A stretch of 42,969 nt of DNA from Dehalococcoidia bacterium (GCA_009783135.1 WRHS01000002.1:1-42969); one strand, 5' to 3'. Shown: positions 9,697 through 19,081, numbered from the stretch's first letter. Numbers and translations are program-made. Notes: a model not told the origin generated them from the letters alone.

Positions 9697-9849
9697 GGCG
9701 CAACAGAGGTTTTTATAAGTATGTCGAACAATAATCAAAAATGCACACATCCTGATATGCGGGCGCAGTATGCATCCGGTTGTTGTAGCCCGGAGCAGCA
9801 GGAGACGTGCCACGGCGTAAAGGCAAGTAAAACTTCAGAAGGAGATAAT

Positions 9850-10077
9850 ATGGATGATTTAAAAGAAAGGGTGGAGGCTTCACTTGACAAGGTTCGCCCG
9901 GCGTTGGTAGCCGATGGCGGAAACGTTGAGCTTGTAGATGTCACAGACGGTATAGTTAAGGTTAAGCTGGTCGGACACTGCGCCGGCTGCCCGATGTCCA
10001 TGATGACACTGAAAAATGGCATCGAACGTATACTAAAACAGGAAATCCCGGAGGTTAAGCAAGTCATATCGGCTTAG
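9850..10077 (+). CDS. NifU C-terminal domain (Nfu-type) Fe-S cluster carrier protein
   Basis: MDDLKERVEASLDKVRPALVADGGNVELVDV...GHCAGCPMS carries the CxxC Nfu motif. A strong SD AAGGAG sits 5 nt upstream of ATG 9850. The open frame extends upstream to ATG 9721 (see findings). Confidence 0.85.
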   Translation: MDDLKERVEASLDKVRPALVADGGNVELVDVTDGIVKVKLVGHCAGCPMSMMTLKNGIERILKQEIPEVKQVISA

Positions 10078-10103
10078 GTTATTTAATCCATTATAAGCAC
10101 ATA

Positions 10104-10133
10104 GGCGGGAACATGTATTCCCGCCTTTTTATT
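10104..10133 (+). terminator. Rho-independent terminator downstream of the Nfu gene
   Basis: Stem GGCGGGAA / TTCCCGCC with a 6-nt loop, followed by TTTTTATTT. Confidence 0.7.
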
Positions 10134-10236
10134 TGCCAAGTCGCTTTTACCCAAGCAATTCACAACGAATTTATTGTGCCAACGATATCAAAGCAGAGTT
10201 TCCACCACAGGAAATTATCGACAAAAACACCTGCGA

Positions 10237-11448
10237 CTATTTTTCCAGTTCGAAAGCTTTGTGCAGCGCCACGCTCGCTTCATTGGCTTTATCGTCGGCA
10301 ATAATAACTGTAATACGTATTTCCGACGTGGTAATTAGCTGAATGTTGATGCCGGAGGCAAACAGCGTACTGAACATAGTAGACGCATATCCCGGCGTAT
10401 TCTGCATCCCGCTTCCGATAATACTCACCTTGGCCAGTTTAGTATCCGCCACGCATTCACGGGCACCAACATTTTCAGCAATGGGACCAACAATACGCAA
10501 TGCCTTATCGGCATCGCCCTTGGTAACAGTAAAGCTAAGGTCAGTTATGTTCTGGATACTTGCATTCTGCACGATGGTATCCACACTAATCCCCGCCTTA
10601 GCCAACGGCTCAAAAATTGAGGCGGCTATTCCAGGCGTGTCCGGCACACCAACAACGGTAATTTTAGCCACATCCATATCCTGAGTAATAGCCGTAACCT
10701 TGTTTCGTATTTCCATAAGCCCTCCGTGAATAAGTGTCCCTGGATAATCATTGAAGCTGGAGGCCACCAGTATTGGAACGTTATATATCTGACCCATCTC
10801 CACGGCACGCGGATGCATAACTTTGCTGCCGTAAGTGGCCAGTTCAAGCATTTCATCATAGCTAATTTCTTTCAGTTTTGATGCCCTGGGAACAACACGC
10901 GGATCGGCTGTAAAAATGCCCTCCACATCCGTATAACGCTCACACACGGAGGCACCCAAACTTGCTGCCAATGCCACCGCGGTGGTATCAGAACCTCCTC
11001 GTCCCAGCGTCGTGGTATCGTCATCCTTGGTCACACCCTGAAAACCCGCAACTATGACGATATTCCCATTTTTGATTTCCTGTACAACACGGCCGGGGTC
11101 AATGCTGAGAATGAGCGCATGGCCAAAAGTAGCATCCGTCCGTATACCGGCCTGCGCTCCGGAAAGGCTGATGGCTTTATGCCCCATATTTTCAAGCGCC
11201 ATAGCCAGCAGTGTGCTGGACACCATCTCGCCTGTAGAAAGCAGCACATCCATCTCGCGTGCACTGGGTTTATCGGATATTTGGCGGGCTAATTTAATGA
11301 GGTCATCCGTCGTGTCTCCCATAGCAGAAACTACCACCACTACATCGCTTCCGGACTGTTTGGCTGTAATTACGCGACGCGCCACATTACGTATTCTGTT
11401 AGCGTCACCTACGGATGTGCCGCCATATTTTTGAACTACGATAGACAT
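10237..11448 (-). CDS. lysC: Aspartate kinase (monofunctional, with ACT domains)
   Basis: MSIVVQKYGGTSVG is the canonical kinase N-terminus, and C-terminal ACT repeats are present. I prefer ATG 11448 over the TTG at 11478 given in the ORF track. Confidence 0.93.
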   Translation of the reverse strand: MSIVVQKYGGTSVGDANRIRNVARRVITAKQSGSDVVVVVSAMGDTTDDLIKLARQISDKPSAREMDVLLSTGEMVSSTLLAMALENMGHKAISLSGAQAGIRTDATFGHALILSIDPGRVVQEIKNGNIVIVAGFQGVTKDDDTTTLGRGGSDTTAVALAASLGASVCERYTDVEGIFTADPRVVPRASKLKEISYDEMLELATYGSKVMHPRAVEMGQIYNVPILVASSFNDYPGTLIHGGLMEIRNKVTAITQDMDVAKITVVGVPDTPGIAASIFEPLAKAGISVDTIVQNASIQNITDLSFTVTKGDADKALRIVGPIAENVGARECVADTKLAKVSIIGSGMQNTPGYASTMFSTLFASGINIQLITTSEIRITVIIADDKANEASVALHKAFELEK

Positions 11449-11573
11449 CTTTCTGAAACTTTCACGGACTATTCCCAAATTTGATTTATGGAACCAACTA
11501 TTGATGTTTCGTATTTTTTACTCGGTATATTATACAAAAATCACATTACTTTTTGCATGACACAAACTATATG

Positions 11574-11780
11574 CTAACCGCGACCTCGCAATCTATCCCA
11601 CCATGACGGCTTGCCATGTGCCCCATAACTCGGAGTAGGAAAACTCTGTTCACAACGATTGCAACGCCAAGTCTTATACATCTTATTGTACGACAGGTTC
11701 GGGCTGCCACAGCGCGGGCAGAGTGCCGCTCCACGCGCCTCGCGGCTTTCGCGATAGTATTCATCTTCACGACGCGGCAT
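11574..11780 (-). CDS. Small zinc-ribbon protein (hypothetical)
   Basis: 68 aa with CPRCG...CNRC. ATG 11780 lies 1 nt after the upstream gene's stop, and SD GGAGG is embedded in that gene's last codons. Confidence 0.5.
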   Translation of the reverse strand: MPRREDEYYRESREARGAALCPRCGSPNLSYNKMYKTWRCNRCEQSFPTPSYGAHGKPSWWDRLRGRG

Positions 11781-11781
11781 G

Positions 11782-12969
11782 TCAATAACCTCCAATAAAA
11801 CGGCTCATAACCTCATGTCCCTTGTGGACCAACACCCTCGTCTTCATAGCTTCACTCTCAGTAAAGCGCAGCGCTTGACCTGCTTCAAAACCAGACCCCC
11901 ACATAAGGAAAGGTACAGGCTCAGCCACATGAGTCGCTATTTCCACCGGAGTGGGATGATCCGGCATTACCAGCAAGCGCAACTCACCTTGATAATGGCG
12001 CAGACGTAAAAGTATTTCGGAATCAATCTTTTCAATGGCTGCTATTTTCTCAGCGGCGTTGCCGGCATGACCTGCCTCATCGGGTGCCTCAACATGTATA
12101 ACCACGAGGTCATGACTATCCAATGCCGCTAATGCTCCTTCAGCCTGTCCTGCAAAGTTGTTGGTCATATTATCCGTCACGCCGGCAATATCCAGTATAT
12201 CCATACCCATCATCATCCCCAAACCCCGCAACAAATCCACGCCTGAGGTCAACGCCGCATTTTGTTTATACGTTTCTTTAAAGCTTGGTGTCTTTGGTAT
12301 TGGCCCGCTACCCCAGAACAGCCATATGGAAGTCGCCGGCATCTGCCCACGTGCCACACGCTGATAATTCACTGTCTGCTGCTTAAGCACCGCCTGTGAA
12401 TCCTGCATAAGCTGACATAGCAGCCTACTTCCGCGACCTTCTGGCATGTACTGCGCCACAGCTTTCCCGGAGATGTCATGCGGTGGAGTACAAACGGCAT
12501 GAGTAGTATCAGTATGTCTTTTTATCTTAAGTAAATGGCGATAGTTCACACCAGGATAGAATTGCACGTCACAGTTACCCAAATGCTCATTAAGGGCAGC
12601 TATCAATTGATGCGACTCTTCGCTTTCAATGTTTCCAGCGGAATAACTCCACATGCGACCATTCTTGAGAGATACCAAATTGCAGCGAAACACTGCTTCT
12701 CCACGCTCAATAGGGACGCCCATACTGACAGCTTCAATTGCAGCCCTTCCCCTGTAATACATTTCAGGGTCATATCCCAGCAAAGACATTCCCGCCACAG
12801 CGCTTGAGGGTTCCATTCCCTTTGGCACGTTGCTGGTCATACCAAGTATACCCTCGCGAGTAAGTGCATCCAGATTAGGCGTACGCGCCAACTCAAGTGA
12901 AGTTTTATCTCCACGGTCTTTGAGCGGCCACCCAGCCACGCCATCCATAATCAAAACACAATATTTCAC
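11782..12969 (-). CDS. apgM: Cofactor-independent phosphoglycerate mutase family protein (archaeal ApgM type, the 'proposed homoserine kinase' subfamily)
   Basis: 395 aa with an alkaline-phosphatase-superfamily metal site pattern (HVEAPDEAGH, MPDHPTP) and an N-terminus MKYCVLIMDG. Confidence 0.82.
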   Translation of the reverse strand: MKYCVLIMDGVAGWPLKDRGDKTSLELARTPNLDALTREGILGMTSNVPKGMEPSSAVAGMSLLGYDPEMYYRGRAAIEAVSMGVPIERGEAVFRCNLVSLKNGRMWSYSAGNIESEESHQLIAALNEHLGNCDVQFYPGVNYRHLLKIKRHTDTTHAVCTPPHDISGKAVAQYMPEGRGSRLLCQLMQDSQAVLKQQTVNYQRVARGQMPATSIWLFWGSGPIPKTPSFKETYKQNAALTSGVDLLRGLGMMMGMDILDIAGVTDNMTNNFAGQAEGALAALDSHDLVVIHVEAPDEAGHAGNAAEKIAAIEKIDSEILLRLRHYQGELRLLVMPDHPTPVEIATHVAEPVPFLMWGSGFEAGQALRFTESEAMKTRVLVHKGHEVMSRFIGGY

Positions 12970-12986
12970 AAGGTCTCCCTCTCTAT

Positions 12987-13015
12987 TTGCCCAGCAAGTT
13001 GAAACCCCTTATAAT
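12987..13015 (+). promoter_or_regulatory. Candidate promoter TTGCCC-17-TATAAT for tRNA-Pro
   Basis: Exact 17-nt spacer and consensus -10. The -10 ends 9 nt before the mature tRNA 5' end. Confidence 0.5.
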
Positions 13016-13024
13016 ATCACTCTG

Positions 13025-13103
13025 CGGGGCGTAGCGCAGTTTGGTTTAGCGCGCAGCGTTCGGGACGCTGAGGCCGGTGGTTCAAATCCACTCGCCCCGA
13101 CCA
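13025..13103 (+). tRNA. tRNA-Pro (anticodon CGG), CCA end encoded
   Basis: Hand-folded cloverleaf. Acceptor CGGGGCG/CGCCCCG, D stem GCGC/GCGC, anticodon stem CAGCG/CGCTG with loop TTCGGGA, T arm GGTGG-TTCAAAT-CCACT, discriminator A plus CCA. Confidence 0.9.
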
Positions 13104-13883
13104 TCAACCAACTACCGATTTGGCTTTATTCCACAGCTTATTTTGTTCATCAAGTGCCATCTTGGTCAAATCCAGTTTGTTTTCGCGGCACAGTTTTTCC
13201 ATATACGAAAAGCGCCGATAGAACTTCTGGTTGGATTCACGCAAGGCTGACTCCAGATCAATATTCTGGCGACGGGCATAATTAGCCAGCGTAAACAACA
13301 CATCACCAAATTCTGCCGTTCTTTCGTGCGGGGTTGAGGCCTCCTTAGCCTCCACAATCTCCTCAGATAATTTATCAAGCACGCCATCATCTTCGGGCCA
13401 ATCAAAGCCCACTCTTGCCACGCGCTCCTGTACAGACTGGCTGTAAGCCAATGCCGGCAATGCTCTGGGCACGCCATCCAGCATCCCAGCCTCTTCATTG
13501 CGCTCTTTCTTTTTCAACTCTTCCCAGCGTACCAGTACATCTTCGGTATTTTTGGCACTACCTGAACCGAAAACATGCGGATGGCGATAAATCAACTTGC
13601 GATTGATGGACTCTATCACATCACCCATATTAAACTCGCCTGCCTCATCGCCCACCTGTGCGTGCAAAACTATCTGCAACAGCAAGTCTCCCAACTCTGA
13701 GCACAGCTTGGCGTGGTCAGCCTCGTCCAGTGCCTCCAATACTTCGTAGCTTTCCTCCAGCAGATGTTCGCGTAACGACTCATGGGTTTGCTCACGATCC
13801 CAAGGACAACCCTGCGGACCGCGCAAAGAAGCTATGACTTGAACCAGGCTATCAAATTGTCTTAAGTCCTGAGGAATATCCAT
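13104..13883 (-). CDS. mazG: Nucleoside triphosphate pyrophosphohydrolase MazG
   Basis: 259 aa with a tandem MazG domain, including CPWDREQTHESL and EExYEvxEA motifs. Confidence 0.9.
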   Translation of the reverse strand: MDIPQDLRQFDSLVQVIASLRGPQGCPWDREQTHESLREHLLEESYEVLEALDEADHAKLCSELGDLLLQIVLHAQVGDEAGEFNMGDVIESINRKLIYRHPHVFGSGSAKNTEDVLVRWEELKKKERNEEAGMLDGVPRALPALAYSQSVQERVARVGFDWPEDDGVLDKLSEEIVEAKEASTPHERTAEFGDVLFTLANYARRQNIDLESALRESNQKFYRRFSYMEKLCRENKLDLTKMALDEQNKLWNKAKSVVG

Positions 13884-14040
13884 TTTTACACCTTAACACT
13901 CGGATTATACCACTTTGATTAGCCTAAATTATTATACAAAGAACCGCATCACGTTATGTTGTGGAACTGCGCCGACGCCATCTTGACGTCAGCTTGCTCG
14001 GCTGTTACTCTTGTTCTGAAAATGATTCTTGGGAACTGAT

Positions 14041-14853
14041 ATGGAATTTTTCGCACAACTTGATGCCTCCATCAAACAGAAGAATAGTCTCCTTTGTGTC
14101 GGGTTGGACCCCGATCCGGCTCTTTTGCCGCACGGAGCCGATATATTGGCTTTCAACAAGGCTATCATTGATGCCACTGCCGACATTGCGTGCGCTTTTA
14201 AACCCAACATGGCTTTTTATGAGGCTGAGGGACAACAGGGCTGGAACGTTCTCAAACAGACAATAAACTACATTCCAAAAGGCATCCCTGTAATCGCCGA
14301 TGCTAAACGCGGCGACATTGGGAATACCTCAAGGGCTTACGCCAAAGCCATCTTTGATGACTTGAAAGCCGGAGCTGTGACTGTCAGCCCTTATCTTGGA
14401 TTTGATTCCGTGGAACCTTTCGTAAATAACTACCCCGAAAAGGGCATCTTCATATTGTGCCGCACGTCCAATCAAGGTGCATCCGATTTCCAAAGCTTGC
14501 CGGTAAGGATGAACAACGCAGATATACCGCTATATCAGGCAGTAGCACACAAAGCCGAGCAGTGGAATACGCACAAAAATATCGGGCTTGTGGTAGGCGC
14601 AACATACCCTGAAGATATGCTGGCGTTGCGCAAAGCTCATCCCGAACTTCCATTTCTCGTCCCAGGGGTTGGAGCACAGGGGGGCAGCATAAAACTGACG
14701 CTGAAGACCGGTCTGAGCGCATCCGGCAGTGGCATCGTCATCAACTCATCGCGTCAGATTTTATATGCTTCGCGCGGGGCAGATTTTGCCTGTGCTGCTG
14801 CCAAAACGGCCGAGGCTTTACGCCAAGAAATTAACCTTTATCGCCCGGCTTAG
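14041..14853 (+). CDS. pyrF: Orotidine 5'-phosphate decarboxylase (long, type 2)
   Basis: MEFFAQLDASIKQKNSLLCVGLDPD and DAKRGDIGNT motifs. I prefer ATG 14041 over the TTG at 14029. Confidence 0.9.
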   Translation: MEFFAQLDASIKQKNSLLCVGLDPDPALLPHGADILAFNKAIIDATADIACAFKPNMAFYEAEGQQGWNVLKQTINYIPKGIPVIADAKRGDIGNTSRAYAKAIFDDLKAGAVTVSPYLGFDSVEPFVNNYPEKGIFILCRTSNQGASDFQSLPVRMNNADIPLYQAVAHKAEQWNTHKNIGLVVGATYPEDMLALRKAHPELPFLVPGVGAQGGSIKLTLKTGLSASGSGIVINSSRQILYASRGADFACAAAKTAEALRQEINLYRPA

Positions 14854-14870
14854 TAATAAAGGGGCATTGA

Positions 14871-15062
14871 GTGATAGTTGATTTCCACATAGACGATATC
14901 GTGCGTCTCAAAAAGGCGCATCCTTGCGGCAGTTTTGAGTGGCAGGTAACACGGCTGGGGGCCGATATCGGACTTAAATGCCACGGGTGCGGGCACTACA
15001 TGCTTATGGTGCGCTCTCAACTGGAACGTCGCATGAAAGGCGCTCCTCAAAGGAATGTCTAG
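14871..15062 (+). CDS. DUF951 family small protein
   Basis: 63 aa. DIVRLKKAHPCGSFEWQVTRLGADIGLKCHGCGH matches the conserved DUF951 core. GTG start. Confidence 0.8.
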   Translation: MIVDFHIDDIVRLKKAHPCGSFEWQVTRLGADIGLKCHGCGHYMLMVRSQLERRMKGAPQRNV

Positions 15063-15087
15063 TTTCAGTTTTTGGCTTTGAGCCTTA

Positions 15088-17232
15088 TCACACACGCACC
15101 ACGCTGGTAACGCCCAATACTGTCTCAATGCGACTCATAATGAGCGAAAGCTGAGGCAATCCACTGGTTTCCACGTCAAAGAAAAGCAAAGTCGTATGGT
15201 TTTTATGCTCGTTGACGCTCATATTGGAAATATTAACCTTTTCCTCTGCAAGCAACGTTGAAATATCGCGCACCAGTCCCACGCGATCCCATGCCTCTAT
15301 TTGTATCTTTGCCGGATAGCGCGTAACCGTCTGTCCCCATTCCACGCTAACAAAGCGTTCTTTCTCATCCTCGCGCGCTACGTTATAGCAATCCTGTCGA
15401 TGGATAGTTATGCCACGATTACGTGTGACATAACCAACAATCAAATCACCCAACACCGGACTGCAACACTTAGCCAGATTGGTCAGCAAGTCACCTGTAC
15501 CAAGTACCTGAATCCCACCGGTTGAAGAACGTGTAATCGATGTTTCCACTACCACCGGTTTGGGTTGCTCCTGCGCCGCCAGCTTAACAGCAATGGTCTG
15601 TGTGTTTATGTCACCGCATCCAATAGCAGCGAATAGGTCATCAACATTATCATACTTGAAAAGGCGGGCAATTTTGTCGCGGTCGCTTGTATCAAGACCA
15701 AGGTGTTTCAATTCCTTATCCAGCATTTCACGCCCTAGATCAATGTTCTCATTGCGAGCCTGTTTCTTAAACCACTGGCGGATTTTTTCGCGGGCATGCG
15801 AGCTTTTGACATAACCCAAATTGGGACTCATCCAGTCACGGCTAGGGCCCTTATCCTTTTTAGAAACAACTATTTCCACTACATTGCCATTGGAGAGGCG
15901 GTAATCCAGCGGCACCATGCGTCCATTGACCTTAGCACCGGCACAGCGGTTACCCAAATCGGTATGTATGCGATAGGCAAAATCCACCGGCGTGGAGCCC
16001 TTGGGAAGATCTTTGATCTCACCTTTAGGAGTAAAAATAAACACCTGATCGTTAAAAATATCTGTCTTGACCGATTCCAAGAACTCCTCGGCCCCGGCCA
16101 TCTCCCGATGCCAGTCAACCAGCTGTCGCAGCCAACCGATACGCTCCTCGGCTGCAATATCCCTACCGTCCTCCTTATAACGCCAATGGGCCGCCACGCC
16201 GAACTCAGCCACATGGTGCATATCACGAGTGCGTATTTGTATTTCAAGCGGAGTAGTCCCTTTGAACAATACTGCCGTATGCAATGATTGGTAACCATTA
16301 GGTTTTGGATTGGCGATATAGTCATCAAAGGCGCCGGGAATCGGGTGCCACATGTTATGCACGACACCCATTGTGTGATAGCATTCAGAAATAGTGTCTA
16401 CTAACACACGAACTGCTAAAAGATCGTAAATCTCATTAAACTGACGCCCTTGTGCCGCATAGCGCTCAATTTTCTGGGCAATGCTGTAAAGATGTTTAGG
16501 ACGACCTTTTATGTCAGCGTTTACGGCCAATCGCGAGACCTCGTTGCGTAATATCTGTATTACATCTACCACAATGTCTTCGCGCTCAACACGGCGACTG
16601 GCTACAAGTTTAGCAACCTGGCTATATTTGCGCGGCTCAAGATAATGAAAGGCCAAATCCTCCAGTTGCCATTTGATATCCCAAATACCTAATCGATGTG
16701 CCAGCGGGGCGTATATTTCCAATGTTTCACGGGCAATTGCCTGCTGTCGATCGGGCGGCATAACAGCTAGCGTGCGCATGTTATGCAAACGATCTGCCAG
16801 TTTAATAAATACAACACGCAAATCCTCGGCCATTGCAACCAGCATTTTGCGCAGGTTTTCCGCTTGCTGTTCACGCACTGAGGGGCGGTGTTGCAACTCA
16901 TCCAGTATGGGAAGCGCCAGCTTTGATAGTTTTGTGACGCCGTCTACCAGCCTCGCAACATCCGGACCGAATTCTTCCTCTATCTGTTTAAGAGTAATAC
17001 CACAGTCCTCGGTAACATCATGCAGCAGAGCGGCAGCTAACGTGGTGGCATCCATTTGCTGATCTGCCAGCGTCAACGCCACTTGGAACGGATGTTCCAA
17101 GTACGGCTCGCCCGACATGCGCAACTGACCGGCATGAGCAGCAGCAGCATAGTCAAAAGCCGCTGATACAAGTGTCAGTTTCTCAGAAGGAAGGTATTTT
17201 GCTGCTCTTTCCAGCAGTTCTTCAGCCGTCAT
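15088..17232 (-). CDS. rel: Bifunctional (p)ppGpp synthetase/hydrolase (RelA/SpoT homolog)
   Basis: 714 aa with an HD hydrolase domain (LLHDVTEDC), a synthetase domain (GYQSLHT), and TGS and ACT domains. I prefer ATG 17232 over the TTG at 17250. Confidence 0.95.
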   Translation of the reverse strand: MTAEELLERAAKYLPSEKLTLVSAAFDYAAAAHAGQLRMSGEPYLEHPFQVALTLADQQMDATTLAAALLHDVTEDCGITLKQIEEEFGPDVARLVDGVTKLSKLALPILDELQHRPSVREQQAENLRKMLVAMAEDLRVVFIKLADRLHNMRTLAVMPPDRQQAIARETLEIYAPLAHRLGIWDIKWQLEDLAFHYLEPRKYSQVAKLVASRRVEREDIVVDVIQILRNEVSRLAVNADIKGRPKHLYSIAQKIERYAAQGRQFNEIYDLLAVRVLVDTISECYHTMGVVHNMWHPIPGAFDDYIANPKPNGYQSLHTAVLFKGTTPLEIQIRTRDMHHVAEFGVAAHWRYKEDGRDIAAEERIGWLRQLVDWHREMAGAEEFLESVKTDIFNDQVFIFTPKGEIKDLPKGSTPVDFAYRIHTDLGNRCAGAKVNGRMVPLDYRLSNGNVVEIVVSKKDKGPSRDWMSPNLGYVKSSHAREKIRQWFKKQARNENIDLGREMLDKELKHLGLDTSDRDKIARLFKYDNVDDLFAAIGCGDINTQTIAVKLAAQEQPKPVVVETSITRSSTGGIQVLGTGDLLTNLAKCCSPVLGDLIVGYVTRNRGITIHRQDCYNVAREDEKERFVSVEWGQTVTRYPAKIQIEAWDRVGLVRDISTLLAEEKVNISNMSVNEHKNHTTLLFFDVETSGLPQLSLIMSRIETVLGVTSVVRV

Positions 17233-17382
17233 TGTGACGCCCCATTTCAATGTGAGTAACTATTAACAATACATAAGTATAAATCAAGCGGAAAACGTTA
17301 GCAATGAAAGCCGTACACGGCTACAGTAGGTATGATTTTGGAAATGTGTTGTGCAATGGGGACGCCGCACAAAAACAGAAAG

Positions 17383-18714
17383 CTAGGATTCAGAGGACAG
17401 CTTTTTGCAGACGTCATCCACCTTGCGGCGCAGCATATATGAGTTCTCTACATCTTGGGAAACTTTTTCACAGGCATGGCTAACCGTCGAAGCATTGCGT
17501 CCGCCAAAAGCCATTCCAATATCGGAAAAGGAGCAGTTGCTTTGCTGGCGCATCACATACATAGCCACCTGCCGCGCCTGTGCAACTTCCTTACAGCGCC
17601 CGCGGCCCAACAAATCGTCAGCTGTCAGGTCGAATGTTTCTGCAACCAAGCCAATAATTCCCTGAGAACTACTGGGAACTTCCGGCAAGGCACGTGTGCC
17701 GGCCAAATCTTTCAGCGCCCTTGCCGCCAATTCCGGCGTAACATGAGTGTGCAACAACCGTGCATATGCAATTATGCGATTGAGGCTGCCTTCAAGTTCA
17801 CGAATACTCTTTCTTAGTTCCTGCGCTACCATATCCAGCACATCGGGCGACACATCAGCCTGTGCCTGTTGCGCCTTGGACTGCAATATTGCCAGCCGCG
17901 ATTCAAAGTCAGGAGGCTGAATATCCACAGCTAAGCCCCACTCAAAGCGACTGCGCAAGCGTTCCTGTAATAAGGGCATGCTCTTGGGCGGACGATCGCT
18001 GGTAATAACAATCTGCCTTCCGGCATTATGCAAATCGTTGAAAGTATGGAAAAAACTTTCCTCAGTTGCTTCCTTGCCGCCTATGAAATGGATATCATCC
18101 ACAATCAGTATATCCGCAGAGCGATACTTGGCGCGGAATTCCTCAGTACGCCGCTCGCGCAAGGCCGCCACAAACTCGTTGGTAAATTGCTCGCCGGAAA
18201 CATACACTGGACACAGATTATTTTCCAATGCTTTATGTCCAATAGATTGAACAAGATGTGTCTTACCCAAGCCAGGCGCGGAATAGATAAAGAGAGGATT
18301 ATAACTCTGCTCGGACGGACGCTCAGCTGCACTTAAAGCAGCAGCATGTGCCATACGGTTGCCGGTTCCAATTATGAAGTTATCAAAGGTGTACTTAGGG
18401 TTAAATCCATAGAGTGCTGAGTTATTACGGCGCACTTCACTTTTGCAATCAGGGGCAGTTTCCTGCGCCCACTTTATCTGAAAGCGCACATTCACTCCAC
18501 GATGCATCAAGCCAAGGAGAGTCTTTTCAATGAGGGAACGCTGGTTTTTCTCCAAATATTCGGAAACGAACGTGTTAGAAACTCCTATTAGGAATCTATC
18601 ACCATCGTATGCCAATCCCTCAGTCCCTTTGAAGAATGTTTTATAGTTGGATTTATTAACCTGCAACTGAAGCTCGCCAAGAGCGGCTTCCCAAATTTCT
18701 TTAGCTGAATTCAT
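17383..18714 (-). CDS. dnaA: Chromosomal replication initiator protein DnaA
   Basis: 443 aa from ATG 18714 (MNSAKEIWEAALGELQ...). Walker A GLGKTHL, box VII, and a C-terminal DNA-binding domain (VAMYVMRQ..SFSDIG..FGGRNASTV). The 68-codon upstream extension in the ORF track does not look like DnaA. Confidence 0.95.
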   Translation of the reverse strand: MNSAKEIWEAALGELQLQVNKSNYKTFFKGTEGLAYDGDRFLIGVSNTFVSEYLEKNQRSLIEKTLLGLMHRGVNVRFQIKWAQETAPDCKSEVRRNNSALYGFNPKYTFDNFIIGTGNRMAHAAALSAAERPSEQSYNPLFIYSAPGLGKTHLVQSIGHKALENNLCPVYVSGEQFTNEFVAALRERRTEEFRAKYRSADILIVDDIHFIGGKEATEESFFHTFNDLHNAGRQIVITSDRPPKSMPLLQERLRSRFEWGLAVDIQPPDFESRLAILQSKAQQAQADVSPDVLDMVAQELRKSIRELEGSLNRIIAYARLLHTHVTPELAARALKDLAGTRALPEVPSSSQGIIGLVAETFDLTADDLLGRGRCKEVAQARQVAMYVMRQQSNCSFSDIGMAFGGRNASTVSHACEKVSQDVENSYMLRRKVDDVCKKLSSES

Positions 18715-18933
18715 ACGTTTAGGACTTCCTCTGCTACTACGCTCGCCAAACAAACATGCGGCATTACTCAAATATGCGCTGAAACCTGCTGCCGCGGCAA
18801 ACCACTGAACCCGAGCCAGTGGAATAAAAAGCTTGATAATGGTACCAGCGCCGCATATTTCCAGCAAGAGTTCTGTCGCAAGTTTGGCGGAAATTTGAGG
18901 GCCAATTAGGCCCACCAAACTCCCTCATGCTAG

Positions 18934-18964
18934 TCTTTTCGGCTCTTTTCGGCCGCTTTTCGCC
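18934..18964. repeat. Three phased (10-11 bp) tandem copies of CTTTTCGG/C in the dnaA-fmt intergenic region
   Basis: TCTTTTCGGC TCTTTTCGGC CGCTTTTCGCC, with T-tracts beginning at 18936, 18946 and 18957. Confidence 0.6.
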
Positions 18965-19081
18965 TAAGCCGACATAAAGCAACCGCTACCGATACTAATT
19001 TTACATGATGCTACGGTTATGTTCAGCTTGTCTTGTGAGAGTATTTTATTCGTGTTAGAATGGCGTCAAAGGGAGAAATAC

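Noticed and set aside
11449-11573. Lysine (L-box) riboswitch upstream of aspartokinase
   Set aside because: The 125-nt gap is too short for an L-box and lacks its conserved GAGGCGC/GGUGAG-type helices. The gap also follows a co-oriented small gene.
12830-13285. 151-aa plus-strand ORF
   Set aside because: It runs through the apgM start, the entire tRNA-Pro gene and the 3' end of mazG, so it is an artefact.
18715-18918. 68-codon N-terminal extension of DnaA implied by the ORF track (start at 18918)
   Set aside because: The extension (MVGLIGPQISAKL...) has no resemblance to DnaA domain I. The canonical N-terminus begins at ATG 18714 with an upstream AGAGGAAG.
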